Origin: Bacilli bacterium
GTDB taxonomy: Bacteria > Bacillota_I > Bacilli_A > RF39 > UBA660
Assembly: GCA_017409785.1 (NCBI GenBank)
Contig: JAFQSD010000001.1
Location: 365,617-429,616 of the forward strand
Reading direction: 5' to 3'
DNA length: 64,000 nucleotides
A program made the translations under genes and the position numbers. The notes under the pieces are model-generated. The model searched no databases. It was not told where the DNA came from and saw only the letters and a list, made by a program, of their open reading frames with translations. Positions 38,797-46,942 of this stretch are shown here, piece by piece. Position 1 is the stretch's first letter; each line of letters opens with the position of its first letter.

Positions 38797-40167
38797 TTAT
38801 TTATACAAATCAATGTATTCTTTATACTTTCTACCTTTTTCTTCAAAGTTTTTAAAAGCTTCATAACTAGCAGCTGCCGGTGAAAGTAAACAACTTCTAT
38901 TCTTTTTTGTTACTTCATAAGCTTTTTTTACTGCTTCTTCTAATGTTTCTACTTTATAAACATTATGCTTACTATTATCTAATAATTCGCTTAATTTATA
39001 TCCAGTTGTCGGCATACAAATAAAATTACTTATACTACTTTCATTTAAATATTTAACGAAATCACCATAATCAATACCACGATCTTGTCCTCCAAAGATA
39101 AGTGTATCTAAATCATTAATTGTACTACATGCAAGTATTGTTGCTTCTGGAATAGTCGCAATTGTATCATTAAAGAATGTAATATCCTTAAATACCCCAA
39201 CTCTTTCCATTCTATGTTCAAGTCCATAAAAACTTTCAATATCACTTATGGCTTTAAAAACATCAAGTCCTAAAATATCAATAACCTTTAAAGCCATCAT
39301 AATATTTTTTAAATTATGATCACCTAAAATATTTCTCTTAATATCATTTTTATTAACCAATTCTTTATTATCTAGAAAAATCATTTCTCCATCTAAATAA
39401 CAATCAGCATTACTTTCTAAACTAACATTAAATAATTTACTTTTAATAGACATTTCCTTAAGTTTTCGATTAATTGTTTTATTATCTTTATCATATATTC
39501 CAAAATCACTTTCATTTTGATATAAAAACATGTTCATCTTCGCATTTTCATATCTTTCAAGAGTACCGATTGTATCTAAATGATCTTGATATATATTTAC
39601 AATAACTCCAATATGTGGTGATACATCAACAAATTCTAATTGATTACAAGACGTTTCCATCACAATAATTGTATCTTCTGTATAATTATCAACTTCATCA
39701 AAAACTGGAACTCCAATATTTCCTACTAATACTGTTTTTTTATCTTGGCATTTAATTAAATGATGAATTAAAGATGAAGTTGTACTTTTCCCTTTACTAC
39801 CGGTAACCGCAATAGTTCTATCTCTAACTTCTTCTAATACCATTTCTATTTGTGAAGTTATTTTCTTACTTAAACCATCACGATCAAGTTCTTTAAAAGA
39901 AACTCCAGGTGATTTAAATATTAAATCAAATCTTTCTAAATTATCTAAATAATTATCACCATAAACTACATCTATATTTTTATCATTATTTAATTCATCA
40001 AGCATTTCATATGCATTAACTTTATCAATAATTGTAAGTTTAATATCTTTTAATTTCGATCTAATAAATTTATAAGTAGATTTACCTTCTTTACCAAAAC
40101 CAACTATCGCAATATTACTATACTTACTAATTTTATCAAGAATTCTATTTTTCATAATTAAGTACAT
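38797..40167 (-). CDS. murD: UDP-N-acetylmuramoyl-L-alanine--glutamate ligase, MurD family (stereospecificity not determinable)
   Basis: Mur ligase P-loop VTGSKGKSTTS and NIYQDHLD. Length about 450 aa. The start may be ATG 40155. Confidence 0.8.
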   Translation of the reverse strand: MYLIMKNRILDKISKYSNIAIVGFGKEGKSTYKFIRSKLKDIKLTIIDKVNAYEMLDELNNDKNIDVVYGDNYLDNLERFDLIFKSPGVSFKELDRDGLSKKITSQIEMVLEEVRDRTIAVTGSKGKSTTSSLIHHLIKCQDKKTVLVGNIGVPVFDEVDNYTEDTIIVMETSCNQLEFVDVSPHIGVIVNIYQDHLDTIGTLERYENAKMNMFLYQNESDFGIYDKDNKTINRKLKEMSIKSKLFNVSLESNADCYLDGEMIFLDNKELVNKNDIKRNILGDHNLKNIMMALKVIDILGLDVFKAISDIESFYGLEHRMERVGVFKDITFFNDTIATIPEATILACSTINDLDTLIFGGQDRGIDYGDFVKYLNESSISNFICMPTTGYKLSELLDNSKHNVYKVETLEEAVKKAYEVTKKNRSCLLSPAAASYEAFKNFEEKGRKYKEYIDLYK

Positions 40168-41503
40168 TCTCCTTTAATATTTCTAAATATTCTGAAATAA
40201 CGTTATGCATCGAATCCATTTCATTTAAATCAATATTTTCATCTCTCATATATTTTTCTTTATAAAGATTTAATAAATATGGAAGTTTCCCTTCATATTT
40301 AGAAATTATTCTATTTAAAGCATAAACTACTTCTGAAATTGATCCAACACATTCAAACGGTTTAGTTTCACCTTCACCAATCAATTCAATAAAGTCTTTT
40401 TCTAAACTAACTTCCTCAAATAAATCTTTAGAAAACATTTCAACCATTTCATTCTTTGGTAAGAAAGCTGCTAACATAATATAAACAAATAAACATTTAG
40501 GACAACTACAACACCATTCCCAAGTACTTCCTTTACTTCCTAAATTACAACTTTTAAATACTTTATGATACTTAGTATATTTAGAAAATAACATTGCAAT
40601 TTGAATTTCTTTTAATGGTCTTAACATACTAAAATACATTATATCTATTCCATAATTCTTCATAGTAAATTCATGAAAATCTTTTTCAAATTCATATGAC
40701 TTAGAATATTGATGATTAATCTTTGTCCCAATAACAGTTGCTTCATTCGCACTATTTTCATTTGATAAAACAATATATTTTTTATTAGTTAAATATGCCA
40801 TTAAATATGAAATAAATGCTACTATACTACTAAATGGTGTATGACCATTTAAGAAACCTTGACTATTTAAATCAAGTAAGTTTTTATCAATAACACGCTT
40901 TATTTTAACAACATCACTATCATTGTATTCAGCAACATAACAGCATTCAATATTAGCACCCTTAGGATTAATAATAAAACACATATTATCATCTTTATAT
41001 TCCTTTAATAATTCAAGGGTTACTACAGAATCCTTTCCTCCCCCTACAGGAATTAAATTACCATATCCTTGATAAAAAACATCTTTAAGAATAATTTCTT
41101 CACCTTTAATATCAAAATCAAATAAATCATCTTCACTTATTTCAATATTATTTTTATATAAGAATTCACCTAGTCCATTATAAAATAATTTCTTAAACCA
41201 ACTCATATCATAATCACTTAAATAACCTGCTTCAATAACAACTTTCTTTGGACAACAACATTTATAATAACTAATTAATTCAATCATCCCAATATGAAAA
41301 ATAATCTTCTTCATTAATTCATCATTAACAAAACTATTTTTTATTAAATCTTTTGAAAAAGAAATAGTTGGTTTAAATATAGTTAAACCAGGTATTTCAA
41401 AAACAAATGTAATAACTAAATCATTATCAACTTCATCTATTAAAAACTCTCTATAAATAATTTCTTTATATTTTTCTCTTAATTCTAAAAATTTTGTATT
41501 CAT
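40145..41503 (-). CDS. PP-loop (N-type ATP pyrophosphatase-like) protein of unknown function; MurL-like candidate
   Basis: PVGGGKDSVVTLELL PP-loop-like motif. C-terminal Cys cluster CNLGSKGSTWEWCCSCPKC. Its 3' end overlaps the murD start. Confidence 0.5.
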   Translation of the reverse strand: MNTKFLELREKYKEIIYREFLIDEVDNDLVITFVFEIPGLTIFKPTISFSKDLIKNSFVNDELMKKIIFHIGMIELISYYKCCCPKKVVIEAGYLSDYDMSWFKKLFYNGLGEFLYKNNIEISEDDLFDFDIKGEEIILKDVFYQGYGNLIPVGGGKDSVVTLELLKEYKDDNMCFIINPKGANIECCYVAEYNDSDVVKIKRVIDKNLLDLNSQGFLNGHTPFSSIVAFISYLMAYLTNKKYIVLSNENSANEATVIGTKINHQYSKSYEFEKDFHEFTMKNYGIDIMYFSMLRPLKEIQIAMLFSKYTKYHKVFKSCNLGSKGSTWEWCCSCPKCLFVYIMLAAFLPKNEMVEMFSKDLFEEVSLEKDFIELIGEGETKPFECVGSISEVVYALNRIISKYEGKLPYLLNLYKEKYMRDENIDLNEMDSMHNVISEYLEILKENVLNYEK

Positions 41504-41581
41504 AAAAATACACCTCACATATCAATTATACCACTGATACACAATATCTATTAACTATTTTACAACACCATATGTAAACCA

Positions 41582-41608
41582 ACAAAAAATTAGACACAAA
41601 GTCTAATT
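41582..41608 (-). terminator. Rho-independent terminator ending the nrtR-nadK operon
   Basis: aattagac-acaaa-gtctaatt hairpin containing the TAG stop, with a T-run on the minus strand. Confidence 0.65.
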
Positions 41609-42136
41609 TTTATTTTCACTATCATTTTTCTTTGTATAAACTCTACCCTTTTCTCTAGAATAAACATCTTTATCTCCATCTTGATAGTAACTAATAGCTT
41701 TCATTACATCACTATCTTCAGCGTAAGAGCACTTCATAAGTTCTTTTTCTTCATCTGATAATCGAAATCCTTGAACAAATCTAACCATTCTATAACCAGG
41801 AACAGATAAATACATATTTATAATATCTTCTCTAGTTAATACTCTAAGAACTTCAATTTCCGTAGCAGCATACATATCATAATACCCATAATATTCATCA
41901 CTATATTCAACGATATCTCCGCTACCAACAACTTCAGCAAACAAAACTTCTCCATCCATTGCATCAAAGTATCTTAATGTATCTTCAAGTCTTTCGCAAA
42001 AATGAAATCCATTACCATGATTACCAAATACAGCATGTCCATTAACTGAATACTTCTTTCCCTCTTCAAAAGGAATTCCATATCTATTAGTTAAATCTGC
42101 ATTAAATGCTTTATAACCTCTAATTGTATTTTCCAT
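41603..42136 (-). CDS. Hypothetical protein (177 aa)
   Basis: ORF 15 nt downstream of nadK. GYKAFNADL...GNGFHFC block. No family recognised. Confidence 0.5.
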   Translation of the reverse strand: MENTIRGYKAFNADLTNRYGIPFEEGKKYSVNGHAVFGNHGNGFHFCERLEDTLRYFDAMDGEVLFAEVVGSGDIVEYSDEYYGYYDMYAATEIEVLRVLTREDIINMYLSVPGYRMVRFVQGFRLSDEEKELMKCSYAEDSDVMKAISYYQDGDKDVYSREKGRVYTKKNDSENKN

Positions 42137-42151
42137 GCTGCATCATCCTAT

Positions 42152-42946
42152 CTATTTTAAAAACTTGTCATTAATTTTTTGAATAAAATTATAATCTTTC
42201 ATTCTAATAACTTGAACAGTTTTATTAATCACTGTTTCAATAGAACTTACTCCTTCATAAAAGTTATTATCCCCATCTACAGTTACAATTATATTACCAT
42301 TATTTCTCTTAGGAATTAATGTAATTGGCATATTATCAGGAACAATAACTGAATTAGTTAAACTTCTATAAGCTTTACTATTTAAAGGAGCTACAGGAGT
42401 AATTTGTAACGTATGAAATGTATTAAATACAATACTTCCTCCAAAACTTAAATTATATGCAGTTGAGCCAAATGATGTAGAAACTAATAAACCATCTCCT
42501 ACAAAATCTTCTAAAAGTCCACCATCAACATAAACTTCTAATTCTGTAGTATTTAAAGCTTCGTCTCTAACTACAATTTCATTAATTGAACATTTTTTTA
42601 TTACATCTTTTTTAGTATGAATAGTTACTTCTTGTATTCCAATATTTTCTAGTTTAAAATCCCCTGACTTTAAAACATCAATAAAATCATCAATTTCATT
42701 AACATTTACTTCTTGTGCAAATCCTAAAGTACCAGCATTAATACCAACATAACAGCATTTACTATTAAAGTTAGCATTCTTTACCATTCGTAGGAAAGAT
42801 CCATCTCCCCCTATTGCTATAGCAAGATCATATCCTTCATCAACTATAACAAACTTATTCTTTTCCAACTTTTCTTTAACTTCTCTTGCAACTTTATTAC
42901 TTCTTAAATTATCATTTATAAATAATTTAACTTTTTTTATTTTCAT
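42152..42946 (-). CDS. nadK: NAD kinase
   Basis: GGDGSFLR, NEIVV and STSFGSTAYNLS motifs. Confidence 0.9.
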   Translation of the reverse strand: MKIKKVKLFINDNLRSNKVAREVKEKLEKNKFVIVDEGYDLAIAIGGDGSFLRMVKNANFNSKCCYVGINAGTLGFAQEVNVNEIDDFIDVLKSGDFKLENIGIQEVTIHTKKDVIKKCSINEIVVRDEALNTTELEVYVDGGLLEDFVGDGLLVSTSFGSTAYNLSFGGSIVFNTFHTLQITPVAPLNSKAYRSLTNSVIVPDNMPITLIPKRNNGNIIVTVDGDNNFYEGVSSIETVINKTVQVIRMKDYNFIQKINDKFLK

Positions 42947-43770
42947 TAGTTCTTCTTATACTTGAACAAGTAAGATGGTCTGTGTCCTCCACCAGTTCTC
43001 ATCTTATTTGTTTTTTCTACCTTATCCGCAATAATTCTACGAAAAGCTGGATCAAGTAATTTCTTATTTAAAATTACTTCATATACCTGTTGTAATTCAC
43101 CTAATGTGAAATACTCAGGCATCATATTAAATACTATATCAGTATAATTAACCTTATTTCTAATTCTTTCTAATCCAGAAAGAATAACTTTAGCATGATC
43201 AAAAGCTAATTTATCATTTTCAACTACTTCAAAATCATATCTATCAGTAGTTTTTTCTCTTAATACTTTCTTAATAGAGAATCTAATTACTTCTTCACCA
43301 TTGTCTAAAGTAATTTCAACTATATCATCTTTTTCTTCAATTAGAGTTACATCAAACCAAGAAGCGTGCTCTACTTTTTGAGTTAATTTATTCTTATCAA
43401 TTAATGCAACATAAGAAGTAGAAACAACTCTCATTCTTGGATCTCTATCTAAACTATCAAATGTATATAATTGTTCTAAATAAATATCCTCTAAGTTTGT
43501 TTCTCTTTTCATAACTCTCTTAGCACATTCTTCTAAAGTTTCATTCTTTGCATCCAAAAAACCTCCAGGAACACACCATTTACCCTTAAAAGGATAATCA
43601 TCTCTTTTTGCTAACAAAATACTCATCATCTTAGTACTTGTTTTACGATAATTTGTTTGTTCTTGATCAGATACACTTAATAATAATATATCTGCTGTCA
43701 TACTAAGTTTTTCAAATATACTTGAGTCATAATTTTTTAAAAATTCTTCTTCACTTTTAAATTCAGACAT
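42946..43770 (-). CDS. nrtR: NrtR-type Nudix-related transcriptional regulator
   Basis: N-terminal Nudix fold with a degenerate Nudix box (GGFLDAKNETLEECAKRVMKRETN). C-terminal winged-helix-like region FTLGELQQVYEVILNKKLLDPAFRR. Sits among NAD genes. Confidence 0.7.
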   Translation of the reverse strand: MSEFKSEEEFLKNYDSSIFEKLSMTADILLLSVSDQEQTNYRKTSTKMMSILLAKRDDYPFKGKWCVPGGFLDAKNETLEECAKRVMKRETNLEDIYLEQLYTFDSLDRDPRMRVVSTSYVALIDKNKLTQKVEHASWFDVTLIEEKDDIVEITLDNGEEVIRFSIKKVLREKTTDRYDFEVVENDKLAFDHAKVILSGLERIRNKVNYTDIVFNMMPEYFTLGELQQVYEVILNKKLLDPAFRRIIADKVEKTNKMRTGGGHRPSYLFKYKKN

Positions 43771-43824
43771 ACTAACACCTCATATTCATAATCTGATTAT
43801 AACATAAAATTTATAATAAAAAAA

Positions 43825-44292
43825 CTATTTTAGGATATCTTCCATCATTTCAATTATTTTATTAATAACTAGCTCTTTGTTTTCTGCACGACTACCTAAA
43901 GTAGCTTCAATTTTCTCATTATAAAACTTGTTATTTTCTTTTTCATAAATACTAATAAATACAACATTATCTTCTCCATATGGATTATTAATATCTACTC
44001 TATTTAATTTACCAGTAATTCCAATACCATAATCACTACCAGCAAATAAACTAATATTTTTACTCATTTCATCACTACATTCTCTACTATAAACACTATA
44101 TTTATCAATTACTTCACTAGAAACCCCCATCTTCATTTTATATTCATTTGAATAAGTAACTGCACTATATTTTAATATTTCACTAGCACCTTCTATATTA
44201 GTAATTGCATTACTAACTCCTCCACCAGTACATGACTCCATTGTCGCAACAGTTTTCTTTTTTTCAATTAACTTTTCAACTAACTTTCTCAT
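43825..44292 (-). CDS. pncC: Nicotinamide-nucleotide amidohydrolase (CinA C-terminal domain type)
   Basis: MESCTGGGV motif in a protein of about 155 aa. Confidence 0.8.
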   Translation of the reverse strand: MRKLVEKLIEKKKTVATMESCTGGGVSNAITNIEGASEILKYSAVTYSNEYKMKMGVSSEVIDKYSVYSRECSDEMSKNISLFAGSDYGIGITGKLNRVDINNPYGEDNVVFISIYEKENNKFYNEKIEATLGSRAENKELVINKIIEMMEDILK

Positions 44293-45131
44293 TATTTTTT
44301 CTCCTTCATATAATCTTTTCTCTTACTTAATAAGTCTACCATATAATCTTTCATAAATGGTTTAACTTCTTCTTCTAATTTTTTATCTACACCATAATAC
44401 GCTTCACTAATAGAACCTACAATACAAGCAATTGTATCACTATCTCCTCCTATTGAAAGTGCTTTTCTTATTGAATCTTCAAATCCATTTGATTCAAAAA
44501 ATACAAATAATGCTTGTGGCACAGCCACACTACTTTTACTAGAAAAAACATTATTTCTTTGTAAATCTTCTAAATCATAATTAAGTCCATAATAATTATC
44601 AGTTATATACTTATAAACTTTATCTTTAGAGTATCCTGTTCTAAGAAGATAAATTGCAGTTGCAACAGCTTCTGCTCCTTTAATTGCTTCTTCATGATTA
44701 TGCGATGGAATTGTTGCAAGTCTTGCTTGTTTTTTTACTTCATCTAATGAATCAAATAAATAACCAACTGCACTAATTCTCATGGCAGCTCCATTGCCAT
44801 AACTTTCTCCTTGAAAATCACCTTCTAACCATTTAACAAAGCCACTTCCAAATCTACTTCTTCCATAGACATCAAGTCCTTCATTTACCTCTCTTAATCC
44901 ATATTCACGTAAATATTTTTCATAATTACAATTACCATTTACAATAGCATCATAAATAGCCATTGTTAAAATAGAATCATCTGTGCAAGAACACTCTTTT
45001 GTAAATAAAGGTGTATTCTTATCCAAAATTTTTATCCTATCTTCATAACTTCTATGCCCTTTACTTCTATCATATATTTCTAATACTTCAATATATGAAC
45101 CAGCGACATCACCAATAATTGCTCCTAACAT
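44292..45131 (-). CDS. ADP-ribosylglycohydrolase family protein
   Basis: MLGAIIGDVAGS N-terminus, CTDDS, and GGDSDTIACI near the C-terminus. Confidence 0.85.
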   Translation of the reverse strand: MLGAIIGDVAGSYIEVLEIYDRSKGHRSYEDRIKILDKNTPLFTKECSCTDDSILTMAIYDAIVNGNCNYEKYLREYGLREVNEGLDVYGRSRFGSGFVKWLEGDFQGESYGNGAAMRISAVGYLFDSLDEVKKQARLATIPSHNHEEAIKGAEAVATAIYLLRTGYSKDKVYKYITDNYYGLNYDLEDLQRNNVFSSKSSVAVPQALFVFFESNGFEDSIRKALSIGGDSDTIACIVGSISEAYYGVDKKLEEEVKPFMKDYMVDLLSKRKDYMKEKK

Positions 45132-45140
45132 AATTCACCT

Positions 45141-45722
45141 CTATTCATAAAGTTTATTATCTAAGATATATTCATAAACTTCTTTATCTAATAATTCAAA
45201 TACACCTTCACCACTTTTAATTTTATTTCTAATCTCCGTAGAAGATAAACTATCAGGTTCAACATCACTCACAATAATATTATCTTTATATTTCGAAAAC
45301 CTTTTCAAGATCTCTTCAATATCATCGGTATATCTTTTAATGACTAAAAACTTATAATTTTCAAGTAAGTAAATTCCATTTTTCCATTCATCTACATAAC
45401 TTAAATTATCTGCCCCACAAACAAAATATATTTCATCATTAGGATAAATTTCTTGAAAATATTTTAACGTATCACATGTATAAATAACTTCATCCTTAAG
45501 TTCATAATCACTTACATCAAGTTTATCATTATCTTTAATCATCATCTCTAACATCTTAAATCTATGATGATCAGCCACTAAATTATTTTTATATTTGTAT
45601 TTGCTTCCTGTAGGTACATAAATAATTTTATCTACATAATTTTTATTTAGTAATTCTAATCCCATATTAAGATGCATTTTATGCGGAGGATTAAAACTAC
45701 CTCCTAAAATACCAATTCTCAT
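45141..45722 (-). CDS. nadD: Nicotinate-nucleotide adenylyltransferase
   Basis: GILGGSFNPPHKMH and C-terminal SSTEIR motifs. Confidence 0.9.
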   Translation of the reverse strand: MRIGILGGSFNPPHKMHLNMGLELLNKNYVDKIIYVPTGSKYKYKNNLVADHHRFKMLEMMIKDNDKLDVSDYELKDEVIYTCDTLKYFQEIYPNDEIYFVCGADNLSYVDEWKNGIYLLENYKFLVIKRYTDDIEEILKRFSKYKDNIIVSDVEPDSLSSTEIRNKIKSGEGVFELLDKEVYEYILDNKLYE

Positions 45723-46795
45723 TATCCCAACTTCTTTCTAATTTTATCAATAATTTGTTTCTTCCCATTCCATAGGCTTTCTATATCGCCTTTCTTATTT
45801 ATTGTATCAATAATTATAGCTAAATACCTAGAACAATCTACATCAACATACCAATTATTATTCTTTATCTCATCTGGTACATAAGACAAATTAGTTGAAT
45901 ATAGCTTATTAAATAATCCTTTATCATATGCACCAACAAACTTATCAATACCTTCGGTAAATAGTGCAAATGTTGCAATTAAATAAATATTTCTAGCACC
46001 TTTTTCTCTTAAATGTTCACATACTTCAATCATAGAACCACCTGAAGCAATCATATCATCAACTACTAAAACATCTTTATTTTTAACATCGGCACCCATA
46101 TACATATGCTCTACTATTGGATTTTTTCCATTAACAACTTTTGATAGATCACGTCTTTTATAAAATACACCAACATCACAACTTAACATATCTGCATAAT
46201 ATCTAGCTCGTTCCATTGCTCCCATATCTGGACTAATAACAAGTAAATCTTTAACATCTTCTTTTTGAATTAATTCTTCTAAAATTGTATGTGTTGGATA
46301 AAAATTTTCAAAAGGAAGTCTTGGAATTGCATTACATATACTTGGATCATGAGCATCAAATGTAATTATATTATCAACACCAATTCTTTCTAATTCTTGT
46401 AAACTAATAGCACAATCTAATGATTCATTTCCTCTTCTTTTATGTTGTCTTGATTGATATAAAAGTGGCATTACAACATTAATTTTTTAAGCATGACCGC
46501 TTGTAGCAGCAATAACTCTTTTAATATCTTCAAAATGTTCATCAGGTGACATAAAATGTTCTCTTCCATGCATCATATAACTTATTCCATAATTACCTAC
46601 ATCACTAATTATATATAAATCATCTCCATTAACATTTCTTTCGATAGAAACCTTACCTTCACCATTACTAAAACGATCACTTTTCATCTTCACTATATAA
46701 CTTTTTTCAGTTTTATTTATATCTTGAAGATGTTTATCAACCATCATTCCTAACCCACTAATATTATTCATAACTACTAATTTTAACTTACTCAT
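45722..46795 (-). pseudogene. prs: Ribose-phosphate pyrophosphokinase paralog interrupted by one in-frame TAA (46489..46487)
   Basis: Track ORFs 46487..46825 and 45722..46471 are in the same frame. The joined product reads ...AATSGHA*KINVVMPLLYQSRQHKR...VVDDMIASGGS. ATG 46795 has a GGAGGA SD. Confidence 0.8.
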
Positions 46796-46814
46796 ACTTA
46801 TTCCTCCATATATT

Positions 46815-46841
46815 CTTATTAACACATTATTAATAACATAA
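46815..46841 (-). promoter_or_regulatory. Conserved 27-nt leader element, copy 1 (prs leader)
   Basis: Minus strand TATGTTATTAATAATGTGTTAATAAGA. Matches the copies at 53735..53761 and 54384..54410 at 24-26 of 27 positions. Confidence 0.6.
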
Positions 46842-46879
46842 TCTATAAAAAATACAAATTAATTTCATTTGTTACTAAC

Positions 46880-46908
46880 ATTATATTAAAAACACATTAA
46901 TTTGTCAA
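46880..46908 (-). promoter_or_regulatory. Consensus sigma-A promoter of the prs-nadD-ARH-pncC operon
   Basis: Minus strand TTGACA-17 nt-TATAAT, followed immediately by the palindrome TGTTAGTAACA (46880..46870). Confidence 0.75.
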
Positions 46909-46914
46909 CTATTT

Positions 46915-46942
46915 AATAAAAAAAGATGCATTTTGCATCTTT
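46915..46942 (-). terminator. Rho-independent terminator
   Basis: aaagatgc-atttt-gcatcttt hairpin overlapping the TAA stop, with a T-run on the minus strand. Confidence 0.65.

Noticed and set aside
46487-46489. TAA reassignment or programmed readthrough as the explanation for the in-frame stop in prs
   Set aside because: TAA is used as the normal terminator of many well-defined genes in this window (for example DUF1810, nrtR, the DUF1003 gene and the acidic-tail ATPase). No recoding signal is evident. A point mutation or sequencing error is more parsimonious.
45722-46795. The divergent Prs paralog as an ADP-ribose pyrophosphate synthetase of an NAD-reconstitution (phage NARP1-like) pathway
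   Set aside because: It is tempting because of the NAD/ADP-ribose context and the atypical RQHKR loop. However, the neighbouring transferase is a standard PncB-type enzyme, Prs paralogs are known members of NrtR regulons, and nothing in the sequence lets me distinguish the two activities.
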